64,000 nucleotides of DNA from the NCBI GenBank assembly GCA_030390025.1, contig JASTWF010000034.1, positions 1,302,001 to 1,366,000 of the forward strand, given 5' to 3'. Each line of letters starts with the position of its first letter. Position 1 is the first letter of the stretch. Of the stretch, positions 9,701-22,795 are shown one piece after another. The notes beneath the pieces are model-generated. The model made no database searches, was not told the origin of the DNA, and saw only the letters and a list, made by a program, of their open reading frames with translations. A program made the position numbers and the translations under genes. Source of the stretch: Squalus acanthias (lineage: Eukaryota).

Positions 9701-12180
9701 GACGGTTTAGATAGAGAGATACAGAGTAAAGCTCTCTTTACACTGTCCAATCAAACGGTCCAAGGGCAGGTATAGCACCGGTTAGCGGGAGAGATACAGA
9801 GTAAAGCTCCCTTTACACTGCCCAATCAAACACTCCAAGGGCAGGTATAGCACGGGTTAGATAGAGAGATACAGAGTAAAGCTCCCATTACACTTCCCAA
9901 TCAAACAGTCCAAGGGCAGGTGCAGTATGGCTTAGAGAGAGAGATACACAATAAAGCTTCCTTTAAACTGTCCAATCAAACAGTCCAAGGGCAGGTAATG
10001 CACGGGTGAGATAGAGAGATACAGAGTAAAGCTCCCTTTACACTGCCCAATCAAACAGTCCAAGGGCAGGTATAGCACGGGTTAGATAGAGAGATACAGA
10101 GTAAAGCTCCCTTTACACTGCCCAATCAAACAGTCCAAGGGCAGGTACAGCACGGTTTAGATAGAGAGATACAGAGTAAAGCTCCCTTTACACTGTCCAA
10201 TCAAACAGCCCAAGGGCAGGTATAGCACCGGTTAGATCGAGAGATACAGAGTAAATCTCCCTTTACACTGTCCAATCAAACAGTCCAAGGGCAGGTATAG
10301 CACAGGTTAGATCGAGAGATACAGAGTTAGCTCCCTTTACACTGTCCAATCAAACAGTCCAAGGGCAGGTATAGCACAGGTAAGATAGAGAGATACAGAG
10401 TAAAGCTCCCTTTACACTGCCCAATCAAAAAGTACAAGGGCAGGTACAGCACCGGTTAGATCGAGAGATACAGAGTAAAGCTCCCTTTACACTGCCCAGT
10501 CAAACAGTCCAAGGGCAGGTATAGCACTGGTTCGATCGAGAGATACAGAGTAAAGCTCCCTTTAAACTGCCCAATCAAACAGTCCAAGGGCAGGTACAGC
10601 ACGGGTTAGATCGAGAGTAAAGCTCACTTTACACTGCCCAATTAAACAGTCCAAGGGCAGGTACAGCACCGGTTAGATCGAGAGATACAGAGTAAAGCTC
10701 CCTTTAAATTGCCCAATCAAACAGTCCAAGGGCAGGTATAGCACCGGTTAGATAGAGAGATACAGAGTAAAGCTCCCTTTACACTGCCCAATCAAACAGT
10801 CCAAGGGCAGGTATAGAACCAGTTAGAGAGAGAGATACAGAGTAAAGCTCCCTTTACACTGCCAAATCAAACAGTCCAAGGGCAGGTATACAACCGGTTA
10901 GATCGAGAGATACAGAGTAAAGCTCCCTTTACACTGTCCAATCAAACAGTCCAAGGGCAGGTATAGCACGGGTGAGATCGAGAGATACAGAGTAAAGCTC
11001 CCTTTACACTGTCCAATCAAACAGTCCAAGGGCAGGTATAGCACCGGTTAGATCGAGAGATACAGAGTAAAGCTCCCTTTAAACTGCCCAATCAAACAGT
11101 CCAAGGGCAGGTACAGCATGGTTTAGATCGAGAGTAAAGCTCACTTTACACTGCCCAATTAAACAGTCCAAGGGCAGGTACAGCACCGGTTAGATCGAGA
11201 GATACAGAGTAAAGCTCCCTTTAAATTGCCCAATCAAACAGTCCAAGGGCAGGTATAGCACCGGTTAGATCTCCCTTTACACTGCCCAGTCAAACAGTCC
11301 AAGGGCAGGTATAGCACTGGTTAGATCGAGAGATACATAGTAAAGCTCCCTTTAAACTGCCCAATCAAACAGTCCAAGGGCAGGTACAGCACGGTTTAGA
11401 TCGAGAGTAAAGCTCACTTTACACTGCCCAATTAAACAGTCCAAGGGCAGGTACAGCACCGGTTAGATCGAGAGATACAGAGTAAAGCTCCCTTTAAATT
11501 GCCCAATCAAACAGTCCAAGGGCAGGTATAGCACCGGTTAGATCGAGAGATACAGAGTAAAGCTCCCTTTACACTGCCCAATCAAACAGTCCAAGGGCAG
11601 GTATAGAACCGGTTAGAGAGAGAGATACAGAGTAAAGCTCCCTTTACACTGCCCAATCAAACAGTCCAAGGGCAGGTATAGAACCGGTTAGATCGAGAGA
11701 TACAGAGTAAAGCTCCCTTTACACTGTCCAATCAAACAGTCCAAGGGCAGGTGTAGCACCGGTTAGATAGAGAGATACAGAGTAAAGCTCCCTTTACACT
11801 GCCCAATCAAATAGTCCAAGGGCAGGTACAGCACCGGTTAGATCGAGAGATACAGAGTAAAGCTCCCTTTACACTGCCCAATCAAACAGTCCAAGGGCAG
11901 GTACAGTACAGGTTAGAGAGAGAGAGATACAGTGTAAAGCTCTCTTTACACTGTCCAATCAAACGGTCCAAGGGCAGGTATAGCACCGGTTAGGTAGAGA
12001 GATACACAATAAAGCTCCCTTTACACTGCCCAATCAAACAGTGCAAGGGCAGGTATAGCACAGGTTAGATAGAGAGATACAGAGTAAAGCTCCCTTTACA
12101 CTGCCCAATCAAACAGTCCAAGGGCACGAACAGCACGGGTTAGATATAGAGATACAGACTAAACCTTCCTTTGCACTTTC
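9701..12180 (-). repeat. 75-bp tandem satellite; inverted variant of the 67-bp unit with an 8-bp insertion
   Basis: Period 75 (ACAGAGTAAAG at 10021 and 10096); GGTTAGATAGAGAGATACAGAG vs GGTTAGATACAGAG in the reverse complement of the 67-mer; degenerate units continue to ~12400. Confidence 0.95.
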
Positions 12181-13356
12181 CACTCAAACACTCGCAGAGC
12201 AGGTACAGCGCGGGGGCATGCAAAGCTCCCTCTAATACAGGATGTGCAGCGTACAGCTCCCTTGACACTACCCAATGAAGCACAACGAGCTCGGGTACAG
12301 CATGGGATAAATACGGAATAAAGATCTCACTACAAGCAAGTGTCAAACACTCCCGGGTGTGGTACGGGCAAGATTTATCTCCGAGTTAAGCTCCGCTTAA
12401 CTTGCCAAACCTAAGGCCGAGCCTGATGGCAGATGTTGAACAGCTCCCAGAATCTGGTTAGACTCTCACCTCAGCAGAATCGTGGACTGATGGGATTCTC
12501 AGTAAAGTTCCTCACCTTTCCAATCATTGTTGAAGCTTCCCGTTTTATCCCGTCTCCGACACTGGGGTTCTCCATCCCACCGGATCTGCTCTGTGAAACC
12601 AGCGACATTTCTCGAGTCCCAGTCAGTGAGGCGATGATTCGACTTCTCTCTCTCCCCCTTCCTGAGATATTGCTCACTCCCAGAGACTGTCAATAGAAAA
12701 ATGATAAATATTAATCCCAGAATACAGGGGGAGCATTTTTCTGACCATAAATATATTCAATTTGATTATTTTTGCAATTAATCAGTGTGTTTGAATTACT
12801 TACTTTAATATTGAATAGTTCTTTTCTGTCCATTGCCCTGTTTATTGGTACTAAACTCACCCCCAGTGTCAGCTGTCACTCCAGCTCCTCCCACACTGAC
12901 ATCCCACTGATGGGCTGTAACCAGGGGCAGGGCCCTGTCTCCAGGTGACATCACACAGCAGCTAGGTAGGAACGATGTCAGAAAGCGGCCGGAGCCCCTC
13001 CCACTCGAGGTGTCACAGGGTCACATTGACCAGGCTCTGCTCCTGGTGTGCAGTCTTACTGGGCATGAACACAGGGTGTTCATCAGCCCCGTCTCCGGGA
13101 ATGAACCGGGATCCTGCCCTACATCTCTCCCGGGTTTTATTTCCATCGGTGTAAAATGGATGGCTGATTCACAATTACCCAGTTTGTACTATAGCACCTA
13201 CTAAACGTCAAACTCTACCCCAGTATTTCTTTCCTTCTCTACGTATCTGCTCCCTCACTGTCTCTGCCTCTCTCTCTCTCTTTCTCTCTCTCTCTGCAGT
13301 GAGGGATACGTCTGGGGCTGGGATCAAACTGTGCGGAAAGGATCAGAATATCAGTT

Positions 13357-13920
13357 AGCCTCGCTTCCCGCTCCCACACCATTACCTCTGGTGTCTCCCA
13401 AGGATCTCTCCTAGCCCCCCTCCTATTTCTCATCTACATGTTGCCCCTTGGTGACATCATCCAGAAACACAGTCAGTTTCCACATGTAGGCTGACGACAC
13501 CCAGCTCCACCTCACTACCTCTTCTCTCGACCCCTCCACGGTGTCTAAATTGTCAGACTGCTTGACCGACATGAGCAAAAGTTTCTCCAAGTAAATATTG
13601 GGAAGACCGAAGCCATTGTTTTCTGTCCCTAACCAACACCGTTCCCGAGCCACAGACTCAATCCCTCTCCCTAACATCTGTCTGAGGCTGAACCACACTG
13701 TTCGCAACATTAGTGTCATATTTGACCCTCGCTACCTCTCTTTCCTCCTTGAAGACGCTCATTAAAACCTTCCACTTTGACCAAGCTTTTAGTCACCTGT
13801 CCTAATTTATCCTTCTGTGGCTCGGTGTCAAAATTGTTTGTCTTAAAATAGTCCTGTGAAGCGCCTTGGGACGTTTTACTACGTTAAAGGCGCTATTTAA
13901 ATACAAGTTATTGTTGTTGT
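13357..13920 (+). mobile_element. L2 LINE fragment with 3' tail
   Basis: [24 protein letters not shown] and ADDTQL motifs; tail GTGAAGCGCCTTGGGACG...AAAGGCGCTATTTAAATACAAGTT(GTT)n. Confidence 0.8.
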
Positions 13921-13933
13921 GCATCTCTGGCTC

Positions 13934-14050
13934 TATAGAATCATAGAATGGATACAGCACAGAAGGAGACATTACGGCCCATCGAGCCCGTGCCAGCTCT
14001 CTGCAAGAGCACTTCAGCAAGTGCCACTTATCCAATCCCCTTTTGATATA
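13934..14050 (-). mobile_element. CR1 3' tail remnant (left arm of an inverted duplication)
   Basis: ATAGAATCATAGAAT terminal microsatellite; reverse complement of 20595-20712. Confidence 0.7.
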
Positions 14051-14460
14051 TTCCACACCCCTCACTGTAACAAAGATATACCCCACACCCCTCACAGTAA
14101 CTTTGATATACCCCTCACGCACACTGATATAACCCACACCCCTCACTGTAACACTGATATACCCCACACCCCTCACTGTAACACTGACATACCCCACACC
14201 CCTCACTGTAACACTGATATACCCCACACCCCTCACTATAACACTGATATACCCTACACGCCTCACTGTAACACTGGTATACCACACACCCCTCACTGTA
14301 ACACTGATATATCCCACACCCCTCACTGTAACACGGATATACCCCAGACCCCTCACTATAACACGGATATATCCCACACCCCTCACTGTAACACTGATAT
14401 ACCTCACACACCTCACTATAACACACGGAAATACACCACACCTCTCACTGTAACACACAT
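14051..14460 (-). repeat. 30-bp minisatellite, inverted short array
   Basis: Unit CCCCACACCCCTCACTGTAACACTGATATA. Confidence 0.92.
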
Positions 14461-14496
14461 ATATACCCAACAGGCCTCACAGTAACACTATGATTC

Positions 14497-14586
14497 AGTG
14501 GGGAGGCGAGCTGCATATGTAGTGGGGAGTGAGCTGCTGGTTTAGTGGGGAGGTGAGCTGCTGGTTTTGTGGGGAGGTGAGCTGTT
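14497..14586 (+). repeat. ~23-bp tandem repeat x4
   Basis: AGTGGGGAGG(C/T)GAGCTGC... repeated four times. Confidence 0.7.
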
Positions 14587-14971
14587 ATCATTCGTTGTGC
14601 TTGCCCATAAATCTCTATCAGTTTGTTCTTTACTCTCCCACACAGGAGTGTTAATTACCTGCTTATGTAACTTTCAAAACCTCACAGCTTCCAATGTCCT
14701 TCACAAAAGGGACTGATTCTCTGGCCACACTCCCCCGCAGTCCTCCAGACACCCTGCTGGCATTAAATTCAATCTTCACACTCACCCATGCTCGGCAGCA
14801 GATGTGCGTCTTTCTGGACTGTATTCTAACCTAACTTAATCCCTGGTTATTCTAGCTTAATATTGATATTATTCCATATGTAAACCAGTGTATTATATTT
14901 AATAATCTATGCATACCAATACTTACAAGAACTTTTAAAAGGTCAGCTTTCAGAGTTTATTCGCTTGCGTT

Positions 14972-15639
14972 TCACCAGGCTGGATGACCTTGTGAAACCC
15001 CCCGCACACATGGAGCAGGTGAACGGATTCTCTCCAGTTTGAACATGCTGGTGTACAATGAGGTGGGATAAGTGAATCTCTTCCCACAGTGAAAGCAACT
15101 GAACGGTCTCTCGTCAGTGTGAACTCTCTGGTGTTTCAGCAGGATGGATGACCGACTGAATCCCTTCCCACGCACGGAGCGGGTCAACAGTCTCTCCCCA
15201 GTTTGACTGCGCCGATTAATTTGCATCTCAGACGGATAATTGAATCCCTTCTCACAGTCCCCACATTCCCACGGTTTCTCCATGGTCCATCTGTCTCTCC
15301 AGGTTGGAGGATCGGTTGAAGCCTCATCCACACACAGAACACGTGTACGGTTTCTCCCCACTGTGAATGGTGCCAAGTTTTTTCAGGATGTGTAACTGGT
15401 TACAGCTCTCTCCGCAGTCAGTGCACTGGAACACTCTCGTTCAAGTGTGAATGGGTCTCAGTGCTTTCCCAGTCGCATGATGTGTAAAATCCTTTCGCAA
15501 ACACAAGAACAGAGAAAGATTTCTTCTTCCGTATTCAAAGGCCGATGATATTCAGGTCCTGATGAATCGAGTGACTCTCAGATCTTGGCGTGATGTTTGT
15601 TTTGAGTTTCTTGTCTGCAAATCCTCCACTTCTAATACC
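14972..15639 (-). pseudogene. C2H2 zinc-finger gene exon, frameshifted and decayed
   Basis: [48 protein letters not shown] in different frames; several Cys/His lost; acceptor TCCTTTTTCAG at 15640-15650. Confidence 0.82.
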
Positions 15640-15648
15640 CTGAAAAAG

Positions 15649-18600
15649 GAGGGGTGTGGGTTATATCAGTGTTACAGTGAGGGGTGTGGGGTATATCAGT
15701 GTTACAGTGAGCGGTCTGGGGTATATCAGTGTTACAGTGAGGGGTGTGGGGTATATCAGTGTGCGTGAGGGGTATATCAAAGTTACTGTGAGGGGTGTGG
15801 GGTATATCAGTGTTACACTGAGGCATGTGGGGTATATCAGTGTTACAGTGAGGGGTGTGGGGTATTTCAGTGTTACAGTGAGGGGTGTGGGGTATATCAG
15901 TGTTACAGTGACGGGTGTGGGGAATATCAGTGTTACAGTGAGGGATGTGGGGTATAGCAGTGTTACAGTGAGAGGTGTGGGATATATCAGTGTTACAGTG
16001 AGGGGTGCGTGGTATATCAGTGTTACAGTGAGGGGTGTGGGGTATATCAGTGTTACAGTGAGGGGTGTTGGGTATATCAGTGTTAGTGAGGGGTGTGGGG
16101 TATATCAGTGTTACATTGAGGGGTGTGGGCTATATCAGTGTTACAGTGAGGGGTGTGGGGTATATCAGTGTTACAGTGAGGGGTGTGGGGTATATCAGTG
16201 TTAGTGAGGGGTGTGGGTTATATCAGTGTTACAGTGAGGGGTGTGGGGTATATCAGTGTTACAGTGAGGGGTGTGGGGTATATCAGTGTTACAGTGAGGG
16301 GTGTGGGGTATATCAGTGTGCGTGAGGGGTATATCAAAGATACTGTGAGGGGTGTGGGGTATATCAGTGATACACTGAGGCATGTGGGGTATATCAGAGT
16401 TACAGTGAGGGGTGTGTGGTATTTCAGTGTTAAAGTGAGGGATGTGGGGTATATCAGTGTTACAGTGACGGGTGTGGGGAATATCAGTGTTACAGTGTGG
16501 GGTGTGGGGTATATCAGTGTTACAGTGAGAGGTGTGGTGTATATCAGTGTTACAGTGAGGGGTGTGTGGTATATCAGTGTTACAGTGAGGGGTGTGGGGT
16601 ATATCAGTGTTACAGTGAGGGGTGTGGGGTATATCAGTGTTAGTGAGGGGTGTGGGGTATTTCAGTGTTACATTGAGGGGTGTGGGCTATATCAGTGTTA
16701 CAGTGAGGTTTGTGGGGTATATCAGTGTTAAAGTGAGGGGTGTGGGGTATATCAGTGTTACAGTGAGGGGTGTGGGGTACATCAGTATGCGTGAGGGGTG
16801 TGGGATATATCAGTGTTGCATTGAGTGGTGTGGGGTATATCAGTGTTACAGTGAGGGGTGTGGGGTATATCAGTGTTACAGTGAGGGGTGTGGGGTATAT
16901 CAGTGTTAGTGAGGGGTGTGGAGTATACCAGTGTTACAGTGAGGGGTGTGGGCTATATCAGTGTTACAGTGAGCGGTGTGGGGTATATCAGTGTTACAGT
17001 GAGGGGTGTGGGGTATATCAGTGTTACAGTGAGGGGTGTGGGGTACATCAGTGTGCGTGAGGGGTGTGGGATATATCAGTCTTACAGTGAGGGGTGTGGG
17101 GTATATCAGTGTTACAGTGAGGGGTGTGGGGTATATCAGTGTTACGGTGAGGGGTGTGGGTTATATCAGTGTTACAGTGAGGGGTGTGGGGTATATCAGT
17201 GTTACAGTGAGGGGTGTGGGGTATATCAGTGTTACAGTGATGGTTGTGGGGTATATCAGTGTGCGTGAGGGGTATATAAAAGTTACTGTGAGGGGTGTGG
17301 GATATATCAGTGTTACACTGAGGCATGTGGGGTATATCAGTGTTACAGTGAGGGGTGTGGGGTATGTCAGTGTTACAGTGAGGGTGTGGGTTATATCTGT
17401 TACGGTGAGGGTTGTGGGGTATATCAGTGTTGCAGTGAGGGGTGTGGGGTATATTAGTGTTACAGTGAAGGGTGTGGGGTCTATCAGTGTTACAGTGAGG
17501 GGTGTGGGGTCTATCAGTGTTATCGTGAGGGGTGTGGGGTATATCAGTGTTAGTGAGGGGTGTGGGGTATCTCAGTGTTACAGTGAGAGGTGTGGTGTAT
17601 ATCAGTGTTACAGTGAGGGGTGTGTGGTATATCAGTGTTACAGTGAGGGGTGTGGGGTATATCAGTGTTACAGTGAGGGGTGTGGGGTATATCAGTGTTA
17701 GTGAGGGGTGTGGGGTATATCAGTGTTACATTGAGGGATGTGGGCTATATCAGTGTTAAAGTGAGGTGTGTGGGGTATATCAGTGTTACAGTGAGGGGTG
17801 TGGGGTATATCAGTGTTCCAGTGAGGGGTGTGGGGTACATCAGTATGCGTGAGAGGTGTGGGATATATCAGTGTTACAGTGAGGGGTGTGGGGTATATCA
17901 GTGTTAGTGAGGGGTGTGGGGTATATCAGTGTTACATTGAGGGGTGTGGGCTATATCAGTGTTACAGTGAGGGGTGTGGGGTATATCAGTGTTACAGTGA
18001 GTGGTGTGGGGTATATCAGTGTTAGTGAGGGGTGTGGGTTATATCAGTGTTACAGTGAGGGGTGTGGGGTATATCAGTGTTACAGTGAGGGGTGTGGGGT
18101 ATATCAGTGTTACAGTGAGGGGTGTGGGGTATATCAGTGTGCGTGAGGGGTATATCAAAGATACTGTGAGGGGTGTGGGGTATATCAGTGTTACACTGAG
18201 GCATGTGGGGTATATCAGAGTTACAGTGAGGGGTGTGTGGTATTTCAGTGTTACAGTGAGGGATGTGGGGTATATCAGTGTTACAGTGACGGGTGTGGGG
18301 AATATCAGTGTTACAGTGAGGGGTGTGGGGTATATCAGTGTTACAGTGAGGTGTGTGGGGTATATCAGTGTTAGTGAGGGGTGTGGGGTATTTCAGTGTT
18401 ACATTGAGGGGTGTGGGCTATATCAGTGTTAGTGAGGTGGGTGGGGTATCTCAGTGTTACAGTGAGAGGTGTGGTGTATATCAGTGTTACAGTGAGGGGT
18501 GTGGGTATATCAGTGTTACAGTGAGGGGTGTGGGGTATATCAGTGTTACAGTGAGGGGTTTGGGGTATATCAGTGTTACAGTGAGGGGTGTGGGGTACAT

Positions 18601-20590
18601 CAGTATGCGTGAGGGGTGTGGGATATATCAGTGTTGCATTGAGTGGTGTGGGGTATATCAGTGTTACAGTGAGGGGTGTGGGGTATATCAGTGTTACAGT
18701 GAGGGGTGTGGGGTATATCAGTGTTAGTGAGGGGTGTGGGGTATATCAGTGTTACAGTGAGGGGTGTGGGCTATATCAGTGTTACAGTGAGGGGTGTGGG
18801 GTATATCAGTGTTACAGTGAGGGGTGTGGGGTATATCAGTGTTACAGTGAGGGGTGTGGGGTACATCAGTGTGCGTGAGGGGTGTGGGATATATCAGTCT
18901 TACAGTGAGGGGTGTGGGGTATATCAGTGTTACAGTGAGGGGTGTGGGGTATATCAGTGTTACGGTGAGGGGTGTGGGTTATATCAGTGTTACAGTGAGG
19001 GGTGTGGGGTATATCAGTGTTACAGTGAGGGGTGTGGGGTATATCAGTGTTACAGTGAGGGGTGTGGGGTATATCAGTGTGCGTGAGGGGTATATAAAAG
19101 TTACTGTGAGGGGTGTGGGATATATCAGTGTTACACTGAGGCATGTGGGATATATCAGTGTTACAGTGAGGGGTGTGGGGTATCTCAGTGTTACAGTGAG
19201 GGTGTGGGTTATATCTGTTACGGTGAGGGTTGTGGGGTATATCAGTGTTGCAGTGAGGGGTGTGGGGTATATTAGTGTTACAGTGAAGGGTGTGGGGTCT
19301 ATCAGTGTTACAGTGAGGGGTGTGGGGTCTATCAGTGTTCTCGTGAGGGGTGTGGGGTATATCAGTGTTAGTGAGGGGTGTGGGGTATCTCAGTGTTACA
19401 GTGAGAGGTGTGGTGTATATCAGTGTTACAGTGAGGGGTGTGTGGTATATCAGTGTTACAGTGAGGGGTGTGGGGTATATCAGTGTTACAGTGAGGGGTG
19501 CGGAGTATATCAGTGTTAGTGAGGGGTGTGGGGTATATCAGTGTTACATTGAGGGGTGTGGGCTATATCAGTGTTACAGTGAGGGGTGTGGGGTACATCA
19601 GTATGCGTGAGGGGTGTGGGATATATCAGTGTTGCAGTGAGGGGTGTGGGGTATATCAGTGTTACAGTGAGGGGTGTGGGGTATATCAGTGTTACAGTGA
19701 GGGGTTTGCGGTATATCAGTGTTAGTGAGGGGTGTGGGGTATATCAGTGCTACAGTGAGGGGTGTGGGCTATATCAGTGTTACAGTGAGGGGTGTGGGGT
19801 ATATCAGTGTTACAGTGAGGGGTGTGGGGTATATCAGTGTTACAGTGAGGGGTGTGGGGTACATCAGTGTGCGTGAGGGCTGTGGGATATATCAGTCTTA
19901 CAGTGAGGGGTGTGGGGTGTATCAGTGTTACAGTGAGGGGTGTGGGGTATATCAGTGTTACGGTGAGGGGTGTGGGTTATATCAGTGTTACATTGAGGGG
20001 TGTGGGGTATATCAGTGTTACAGTGAGGGGTGTGGGGTATATCAGTGTTACAGTGAGGGTTGTGGGGTATATCAGTGTGCGTGAGGGGTATATAAAAGTT
20101 ACTGTGAGGGGTGTGGGGTATATCAGTGTTACACTGAGGGTGTGGGTTATATCTGTTACGGTGAGGGTTGTTGGGTATATCAGTGTTGCAGTGAGGGGTG
20201 TGAGGTATATTAGTTTTACAGTGAAGGGTGTGGGGTCTATCAGTGTACCAGTGAGGGGTGTGGGGTCTATCAGTGTTATCGTGAGGGGTGTGGGGTATAT
20301 CAGTGTTAGTGAGGGGTGTGGGGTATATCAGTGTTACAGTGAGGGTTGTGGGGTATATCAGTGTTACATTCAGGGGTGTGGGGTATATCAGTGTTACAGA
20401 GACGGGTGTGGGTTATATCAGTGTTACAGTGAGGTGTGTGGGGTATATCAGTGTTACAGTGAGGGGTGTGGGATATATCAGTGTTACAGTGAGGGATGTG
20501 GGGTATATCAGTGTTACAGTGAGGGGTGTGGGATATATCAGTGTTACACTGAGGGGTCTGTGGTATATCAGTGCTTTACAGTTAGGGCTG
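15649..20590 (+). repeat. 30-bp G-rich minisatellite with higher-order duplications
   Basis: Unit GTGAGGGGTGTGGGGTATATCAGTGTTACA; variant blocks recur at offsets of 1818 and 998 bp. Confidence 0.96.
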
Positions 20591-20594
20591 TCGA

Positions 20595-20712
20595 GTATAT
20601 CAAAAGGGGATTGGATAAGTGGGACTTGCCGAAGTGTTCTTGCAGAGAGCCGGCACGGGCTCGATGGGCCGTAAGGCCTCCTTCTGTACTATATCCATTC
20701 TGTGATTCTATA
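20595..20712 (+). mobile_element. CR1 3' tail remnant (right arm of the inverted duplication)
   Basis: GGGCTCGATGGGCCG..GGCCTCCTTCTGT..ATTCTGTGATTCTAT. Confidence 0.7.
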
Positions 20713-21501
20713 GAGCCAGAGATGTACAACAACAATGGCCCAAAAATTCATCCTGGTGCGCGAGAGTACGCACTGCGTGCACTCGCGTATTCCCTCTTCA
20801 ATTGTCGGTTTTCTGCATGCACTACGCATGCGCTGAAAACCGGCACTTCATGTCTGGTCAGTTTCATGGATCTGCGAGTAATCGCGTGGGCTGGTGATTC
20901 TGCGCGTGCGTCGGAAAATTCATGTATTTTGTGAATGAGAGTAGTGTGTGTAAGCTCCGAGCAGTTACACATTTTAAAACCAGGAGCAGCAGCCATTTAT
21001 ACATTTGCCGAGATAAGTAGGAGGAAGAAATCCTTTTGGAGTGTGGCTACTGAGGTGAGTTTTTTAAATTTGAAAGACACAAAAGTTTTAAATGAAGTCT
21101 TATATAAGTTAAGAGTTTAAAAAAAAAATTTTTAAAACGGGTTTTGACCATTTGGAGTAGTATAGCAACTGTGGGTGTGTAGAAGGCATATTTAGGTATC
21201 TATCTGTGAAAATGAAAGTTTAAAAATGAACTGTTTACGTTTCAAAAAGTTTTAAAGATGAAAATGAGTAAGTAAGTAAGTATGTATGTATGTATGTATG
21301 AATTTATGAAAATGTTACAGGTTTGGAAAATCAGCTAGGGCCGTGTGGCGGGTAGATGTGTTCCCAAGCTGATAGCGCACGTGTCCCACCATAGCCTGAC
21401 CTGATTTTATAGCCACTCACTTAACTAAAGTTACTTTAACAACTATTTCCATTTTTTCATTACAACTTTCAGTTTGAGGAGGAAGCCTGTGTGAGAGAAA
21501 G

Positions 21502-22651
21502 ATGCCCTTTTGCAATCGATTGTTCTTCCTCCTCTGTGTGATTACGTATCTGAGAATTTTCGAATACAGACAACGAATCAGACGGAGGAACCAAGCCCGT
21601 CTCCTCCAGAGAAGGAGAAACTACTACCCACCAAATAGTGTACAGGCAGAGGCTGTCATTTGAGATGCTGTCGGAGGAGCTGTGTGTGAGGAGGCTGCGC
21701 TTCAGTAAAGAGTCAATTGGCCGAATCTGTGAGATGTTACAGGAGGACCTTCAAACACGCACGAAGAACCGCAATGCATTGTCACTGAGCATGAAGGTAA
21801 CCACAGCACTGAACTTCTTTGCAAGTGGGACTTTTCAGGCAAGCACCGGTGACATTTGCAACATATCCAAGAATGCTGCGAGGGCCTGCATTCACCAGGT
21901 CACAGAAGCCATTTACCGTAGGGCTTCTGAGTTCATTAAGTATGACTTGTCTGCTCGCCATCAAAAGGAGATGGCGCTTGCATTTCATAACATTGCTGGA
22001 TTCCCCAAAGTGATTGGGGCTGTCGATGGAACCCATGTAGCATTGAAGGCACCAGGGGTTGCACCTGTGACATTTATCAACAGGAAGGGGTTTCATTCAC
22101 TGAATGTCCAGATTGTCTGTGATGCGCATCTCAGGATCTTAAATGTGAATGCAGGTAACCGTGGAAGTAATCATGACTCCTTCGTCCTCCGTAACTCTGA
22201 CTTATATGGCGTCCTCAATGCATTGCCTCCAGGATCCGCATGGATATTGGGCGACAAGGGCTACCCGCTAAGACCATGGCTGATGACTCCCTACCGCAAG
22301 ACCAATAATGAGGCTCAGGAGAGATACAACCAGGCACACGTGTCCACACGGCAAGTGGTGGAGAGGACAATTGGAGTTCTGAAATCACGCTTCCGGTGCC
22401 TGGACAGGTCAGGGGGGACCTTGCAGTATTCTCCTCAGAAAGTGGCAAAGATTGTGGTGGCCTGTTGTGCTTTGCATAACTTTGCCCTGCAGGAAGGACT
22501 GACCCTTAACGCTGCAGATGAACTACCTGCAGAAATGGAGGACGTGGACAATGCCAATGTGCCTGTGGGAAGGCATGATGGGGAAGAGCCAACTGCTGCT
22601 CAAAGTAAGGCTGCAAGGGAGCAGCTGGTAGCCAACACCTTCACGAGGTAG
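21502..22651 (+). CDS. Harbinger (HARBI1-like) DDE transposase; probable frameshift near 21636
   Basis: GAVDGTHV, ILGDKGYPL, RQVVERTIGVLKSRFRCL motifs. The ATG at 21502 opens MPFC...RRRNYYPP in another frame that would join VYRQRLSF at 21638. Confidence 0.88.
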
Positions 22652-22664
22652 TGTCGCCTTGTAC

Positions 22665-22795
22665 CTCCCGCTCCCCCTCCCCTCTCCCCCTCCCCCTCCC
22701 CTCTCCCCCTCCCCTCTCCCCATCCCCCTCCCCTCTCCCCCTCCCCCTCCCTCTCCCCATCCCTCTCCCTCTCCCCCTCCCCCTCCCTCTCCACC
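22665..22795 (+). repeat. (CCCCCT/CCCTCT)n polypyrimidine tract between the Harbinger genes
   Basis: Direct reading. Confidence 0.9.

Noticed and set aside
502..12180. Regularly spaced repeats resembling a CRISPR array
   Set aside because: Whole units are repeated with no unique spacers, no cas genes, vertebrate context
13802..20934. Dozens of ORFs reading (VRGVGYISVT)n, (CYSEGCGVYQ)n or (HTPHCNTDIP)n
   Set aside because: Translation artefacts of a stop-poor 30-bp minisatellite; frames switch at 28-bp variant units
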